Source: Amoebophrya sp. A120
Taxonomy: Eukaryota; Protista; Dinoflagellata
Length of the DNA: 64,000 bases
Reading direction: 5' to 3'
NCBI GenBank assembly: GCA_905178155.1
Contig: CAJINV010000013.1
Span: 2,724,158-2,788,157 of the forward strand
Shown here: positions 59,749 through 64,000 of the stretch, piece after piece
Numbering within the stretch: position 1 is the first letter of the stretch
Layout: every line of letters begins with the position of its first letter
Program-made: the position numbers and the translations under genes
Notes under the pieces: model-generated
Told to the model about the DNA's origin: nothing
Database searches by the model: none
The model's input: the letters and a program-made list of their open reading frames with translations, nothing else

Positions 59749-62700
59749 TTAGTTTTCCTTGTACTGTAGGTTCCACTTGCCCAACCGGCCCAACGCGGAG
59801 GCCTTCAGCTCCCCGACCGAGACGTTGGCCGCCCCCAGTTTCGCGGCGGACCCGCTCCCGGAGCCCTTCTGCAGACCGTGGCCCTTTCCGCCGAGCGCGA
59901 CCAACCGGTCCATTAACGGGAAGTATCAAAATGAAAAATCCCCCCACCCCATACTCAACCTAGAAATTTGTGATGCAGATTTGTGGTCACAAATCAGCTT
60001 CGTCATGCTAGAAGGGAAAAGATGCGGACTGTAGTGCTGGTTGGCGTGGGAAAGCCTTGCATCTTCAGCATGACAGGGGGCAGCTGGAAGTGGGAAACAG
60101 CATGACAAATTGCCTGCAAACGAGGCCACAGCTGGGTCTCTTGGCCTTCTAGCATTACAAGTCGATTTGTGTACTCAAATACAGCATCACAAATTTCGTT
60201 TTCGATATGGGGAGGGGGGATTTTTCCTTTTGATAGGAAGTGGTCGTTGTTTTCCGCGTGCGCGACCGCCGTGTACTGCTTCGCGTCGTACGCGTTCAGG
60301 TCCGCGTATCCCACAGAAAAAAGCTGGCAGGGCATATAATTTGTAATGCAAAAATAAATACACAGAAAGACTTGCCATGGGCGGCCCCATAGCATGCAGC
60401 TTCGGATATGCAATACAGATTTTCTTGTGTATCTGTATTTATTTTCGCATTACAAATATGACCTGCCAGCTTTTTTCTTTGGGATACCGCGCCGAGCTCG
60501 AGCAGCAGCATGCACACCTCACTGTGGCCGCCGATCGCGGCGAAGTGCAGCGGCGTGCGCTTCAGGCGGTCCAGGGAGTTCACGTCCGCACCCCACTCGA
60601 CCAGGCGACACACACCGTCCACATCGTTGTTCGCGGTGGCGATGTGCATGGCCGCGCACCCGTTGCTATCGGACGCGGTGACGGGCACCCCGTACATGTG
60701 CAGCAGTTCCATGATGTCGTAGCGTTTGTGCTTGGTCGCGATGGTGAAGGGGATGTCGCCGGTCTTCGCGTTTTTCAGGTTCAGGTTCGCCCCCCGGCGG
60801 TAGCAGAGCTTCGCCAGCGCGAGGTTGCCCGTCAAACAAGCGTGCTCCAGCAGGGTTTTCTCGCTCTCAATGTCGCGGGCGTCGATGGAGGTGGTGTCGA
60901 GTAACTGTTATCAAAAGGAAAAATCCCCCCTCCCCATATCGAAATGGAAATCTGTGATGCAGGATTTGAGGTACCAAATCGACTTGTCATGCTAGAAGGC
61001 CAAGAGCCGCAGTCGTGGTCTCGTTTGCAGGCAATTTGTCATGCTGTTTCCCACTCTCAGCTGCCTCCTATCATGCTGAAGATGCAAGGCTCCCCCACGC
61101 CACCCAGCACTACAGTCCGCATCTTTTCCCGTGTAGCATGACAAAGCTGATTTGTGACCTCAAATACAGCATCACAAATTTCGTTTTCGATATGGGGAGG
61201 GGGGATTTTTCCTTTCGATAACTGCTCCAGTTTGTTCAGCAGAATGGTGCCGTTTTTCGTCAAAATCTGCCGAATGTTGAAGGTTGTGATCTTCTCCCGC
61301 GGCTGCTGCATCACGCCCCCGCGATAGTGACCCGCCGCAGCTCCGTGATGTTGTCCACCATGGGCCATGGACCCAGCCGCTCCTTTGCTGCCGGCGTCGA
61401 GGGTCGTGCCGGCTTTGCCCGTTTGATGCATCGACGTGGCGGATTTGTTGCCCGCCTGGTCCCCCGCGCCGGCTTCCGCGTGCTCCTCGGAGGCGGCAAG
61501 CGCTTTGGCGTCGCCCGCGGCGGTTTTCTCTTCCCGCTTCTTCCCGCCTTGCTCCAACAGCTCCTGCGACTTCAACTGATCCTCACTGGGCAGGTTGATG
61601 GCCTGGTCCGCGGTCAGCGTGGCCGGCTTTTTCTTGTCGTTGATGTCGTCTTCGGAAATGAGCAGGATCTTGGACAGTGCGTTCTGCATCTTCTTCACCG
61701 TGTTCACGTCCATCGCGCCCCACTTCACCTGGTCCGGCTTCGTGGATTTCACTTGTGGGTGCCCCGTGTCGTGCAGAAACTTCCACAGCGCCTTGGACAA
61801 GGCCAGCAGAATCACCGGCGCCGGGCCGGGCAGGGTGGCCAGTTTCGGCCAGTTCTTCAGGTCGGCGGAGGTGGGTTGCACGTCGCCATCAATCGCTTGC
61901 AGAATACCATCGTTATCCTGCAAATGCAAGATCGCGAGCGGGGTCAAGCTGTGTGTAGGAGTTGTTTTTTCATGAGGGATTTTTTCAGGGTGCAGTTGCT
62001 ATTTTTTCATGAATATACAAGGTTGTCAACATCGATCTGCAAGCCATATGTTATACTCATGACTCAATCTGCGGGGTGAGGTTTCACACAGAAGTATACA
62101 GAGTTCTATCGTACGTCATGCTCTTCAAGTTCAAAATACATGACTTTATTATACTTTTTGTTGTTCTGTCGTTCGATGATGGCGGTCATGAAGTAACCGA
62201 TGGACCTTAGCGAGAACAGGTTCGCTTCCAGGGAGATGTAACTGAGACTCGGGCACGTGGTGATGATCTGGCAGATATCAAATGCAAAAATGTCTGGGTC
62301 TGGAAAAATGCAAGATTTGTCATGCTTAACAGACTGCGCAGCTAAATGCAAGATTTGTCATGCATATTTCTCATGACCCATGATGCCTGTAATGCATGAC
62401 CTAGCATCGCAAACATTCAAAGGGCTTCCTGATGCACGTTCCGCATGAGAAATGCCCTGTCAGTGCAGCACAAACGGCGCCCCTCTTGCTGGTCATGCAA
62501 TACAAAACTTTTTAGAGTCCAAAAACAGCATGACAAGTTGCAATCTTCCAGACCCAGACATTTTTGCAATTGATAGCAGATGTCCGCACAGGAGTCCATG
62601 GTCAGCTGATTTTTCGACAAGTCGAGCGTGTGCAAACTCGGGCAATCGGTGAGGACTTGCGACAAGGTGGAAAACCCAATATCGGAGATGGCGGACCCCC

Positions 62701-63085
62701 GCAGCAGTGCCTGCTCCAAGTCCCGCTGACGGAGCCACTGATCCACGGTCCGGATGATTTTGGTCGCGGCTTTGGCCGCCTGCTCCGGCTGCCCGTCGTC
62801 CTCGTTCCGCTGCAGTTTCGCGGGCTTCCCCTTCTTGTTCTTATTCCCATCTCGGTCGTCTTTCAGCTGCAATCCGAGAATGATGTTCTGCGCCTCGATC
62901 TGCTCCCGCTTCGCGAGCTCCGCGTCGACGGACTTCTGCAGCGTGACGATTTTCGCCTTCAGCTGCGAAATCTCATCGTACTGGTGCTGCCCGGTGGACT
63001 GCTGGGCCGAGAGCTTTTCCGAAAGCTCGGTCAGCTCCTTTTTCAGAGCCTCGTTCTGCTCCTCAACCGGGGCCATCCGAGCCAT
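59749..63085 (-). CDS. Coiled-coil + leucine-rich repeat + ankyrin repeat protein
   Basis: Coiled coil EEQNEALKKEL...; LRRs CPSLHTLDLSKNQL, CPSLSYISLEANLF, LAILHLQDN; ankyrin repeats TLLEHACLTGN, AMHIATANND, RTPLHFAAIGGH; stop at 59749. Four introners; the start may be further upstream. Confidence 0.85.
59924..60235. mobile_element. Introner family A (312 bp), TSD ggaag
   Basis: TIR tatcaaaatgaaaaatccccccaccccata / tatggggaggggggatttttccttttgata; removal restores NNDHF-PLMDRL. Confidence 0.94.
60307..60486. mobile_element. Introner family D (180 bp), TSD ccgcg
   Basis: TIR of about 55 bp, tatcccacagaaaaaagctggcagggcatat / atatgacctgccagcttttttctttgggata; removal restores LELGA-DLNAYD. Confidence 0.93.
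60909..61220. mobile_element. Introner family A (312 bp), TSD actgt/actgc
   Basis: TIR tatcaaaaggaaaaatcccccctccccatatcgaaa / tttcgatatggggaggggggatttttcctttcgata; removal restores KLEQ-LLDTTSID. Confidence 0.93.
62276..62575. mobile_element. Introner family B (300 bp), TSD gcaga
   Basis: TIR tatcaaatgcaaaaatgtctgggtctggaa / ttccagacccagacatttttgcaattgata; removal restores CADIC-QIITTCP. Confidence 0.93.
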
Positions 63086-64000
63086 GGTGTGCGAGTTTTT
63101 TTCGATGTACTCGGGCCAAACAAAATTAGTTTTTTCAACCCTCACGCAAAAAACGATAAAAAAAAACGTGTGGGTGAAGAAACACACAACTGTCACGCTT
63201 TTCAAAAAAGCGACGACAGAGTGGCCTGCGAGGAAGTAGGGATTGCTCGAAAGATTGAGATTTCGTATATACTTAACAGGAGTCCTGTAAAAATTTAACC
63301 GTGGATTAGCAATGTTGTTCTTGACACGGACACGATACTAGAACTACACGGATGTTTTTTACTTCACACTTCTTTGTCTTTCCCAAGATGTCCAAGGCAT
63401 GAGGAACGCGAGTCTAAGTCTAGCTTTAGCATTTTTACGACGTAAACCTAGTGTCCTGGTTCTAATTCTCTTGCACGACGGTGTTCTTCCAGGACGAAGT
63501 TTCGACATGGTAGATGGTGGACTGTACGACGAGATAGTGGAACTTCTGAAGTACGAGGATCTTCTGCAGCTCCGTCCAGAGGTGGCACAAGAACTGTACG
63601 ACAATCACACGCACGACCCGCACGGTGCAATACAGAACGATGGAGGGAAAAGAAACGACAGGCCCGTACTATGTTGTAAATAACTGACGATGTTTTCACG
63701 ACTGCCTGGTTTGTTCCCTTGATGTTCTAGTAAACGAGATTACTCCGTGCCGGAAGAACAGAATATGAGCACGACGAGGCACAATTTCGAAGATGATCCG
63801 AACCACGCCTGTAGCTCCTTGCATTCTTCTTTTCGGCCAAGAGCAAGTGCCCCTCGAGGTGGAGCCTCAAAGCCGCGACTAATGTACCTACACGCTCGTA
63901 CTTGTTTGTGCGCAGCTATTTTCATTATGGTATAGGTCCGAAAAGTTGCAGGACGAGAGCAACTCACTTCTAAAGTGCGGTCCTTTTCACTATACAGTCC

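Noticed and set aside
1761-61221. Recurrent short ORFs such as MASFAGNLSCCFPLP..., ...PDPDIFA..., KMSGSG..., [13 protein letters not shown]...
   Set aside because: They are translations of introner TIR or internal sequence, not a protein family.
40083-63298. Long plus-strand ORFs (e.g. 40083-41078, 56950-57954, 61327-62079, 62564-63298)
   Set aside because: Antisense shadows of GC-rich minus-strand coding sequence, with no motifs of their own.
63399-63683. Protein-like plus-strand ORF (DGGLYDEIVELLKYEDLLQLRPEVAQELYD)
   Set aside because: Short, no recognisable family, and at the window edge; cannot be supported as a gene.

Overview
Eukaryotic, intron-containing DNA in which every recognisable gene lies on the minus strand. 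The architecture matches what is known for the parasitic dinoflagellate Amoebophrya (Syndiniales); this taxon assignment is an inference. Recognisable genes: a beta-oxidation multifunctional enzyme, a cystathionine gamma-lyase-family enzyme, a DUF547 protein, an LRR+ankyrin protein, two highly divergent protein kinases (at least one with a signal peptide), several secreted-looking hypotheticals, and one apparently intact APE+RT non-LTR retrotransposon (2790-codon ORF). Two things stand out. (1) There are 15 complete and 1 partial MITE-like 'introner' elements from five TIR families (180-315 bp, TAT...ATA ends, 5-bp target duplications). All sit inside coding exons, they occur in both orientations, and removing element plus one duplication restores the reading frame; 8 of 15 offer no GT/GC-AG register. 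(2) Once these introns are removed, one continuous reading frame joins a two-WCGHC protein disulfide isomerase to a POFUT2-type O-fucosyltransferase ending in REEL, i.e. an apparent PDI-POFUT2 fusion. All gene models were spliced by eye and need RNA confirmation.
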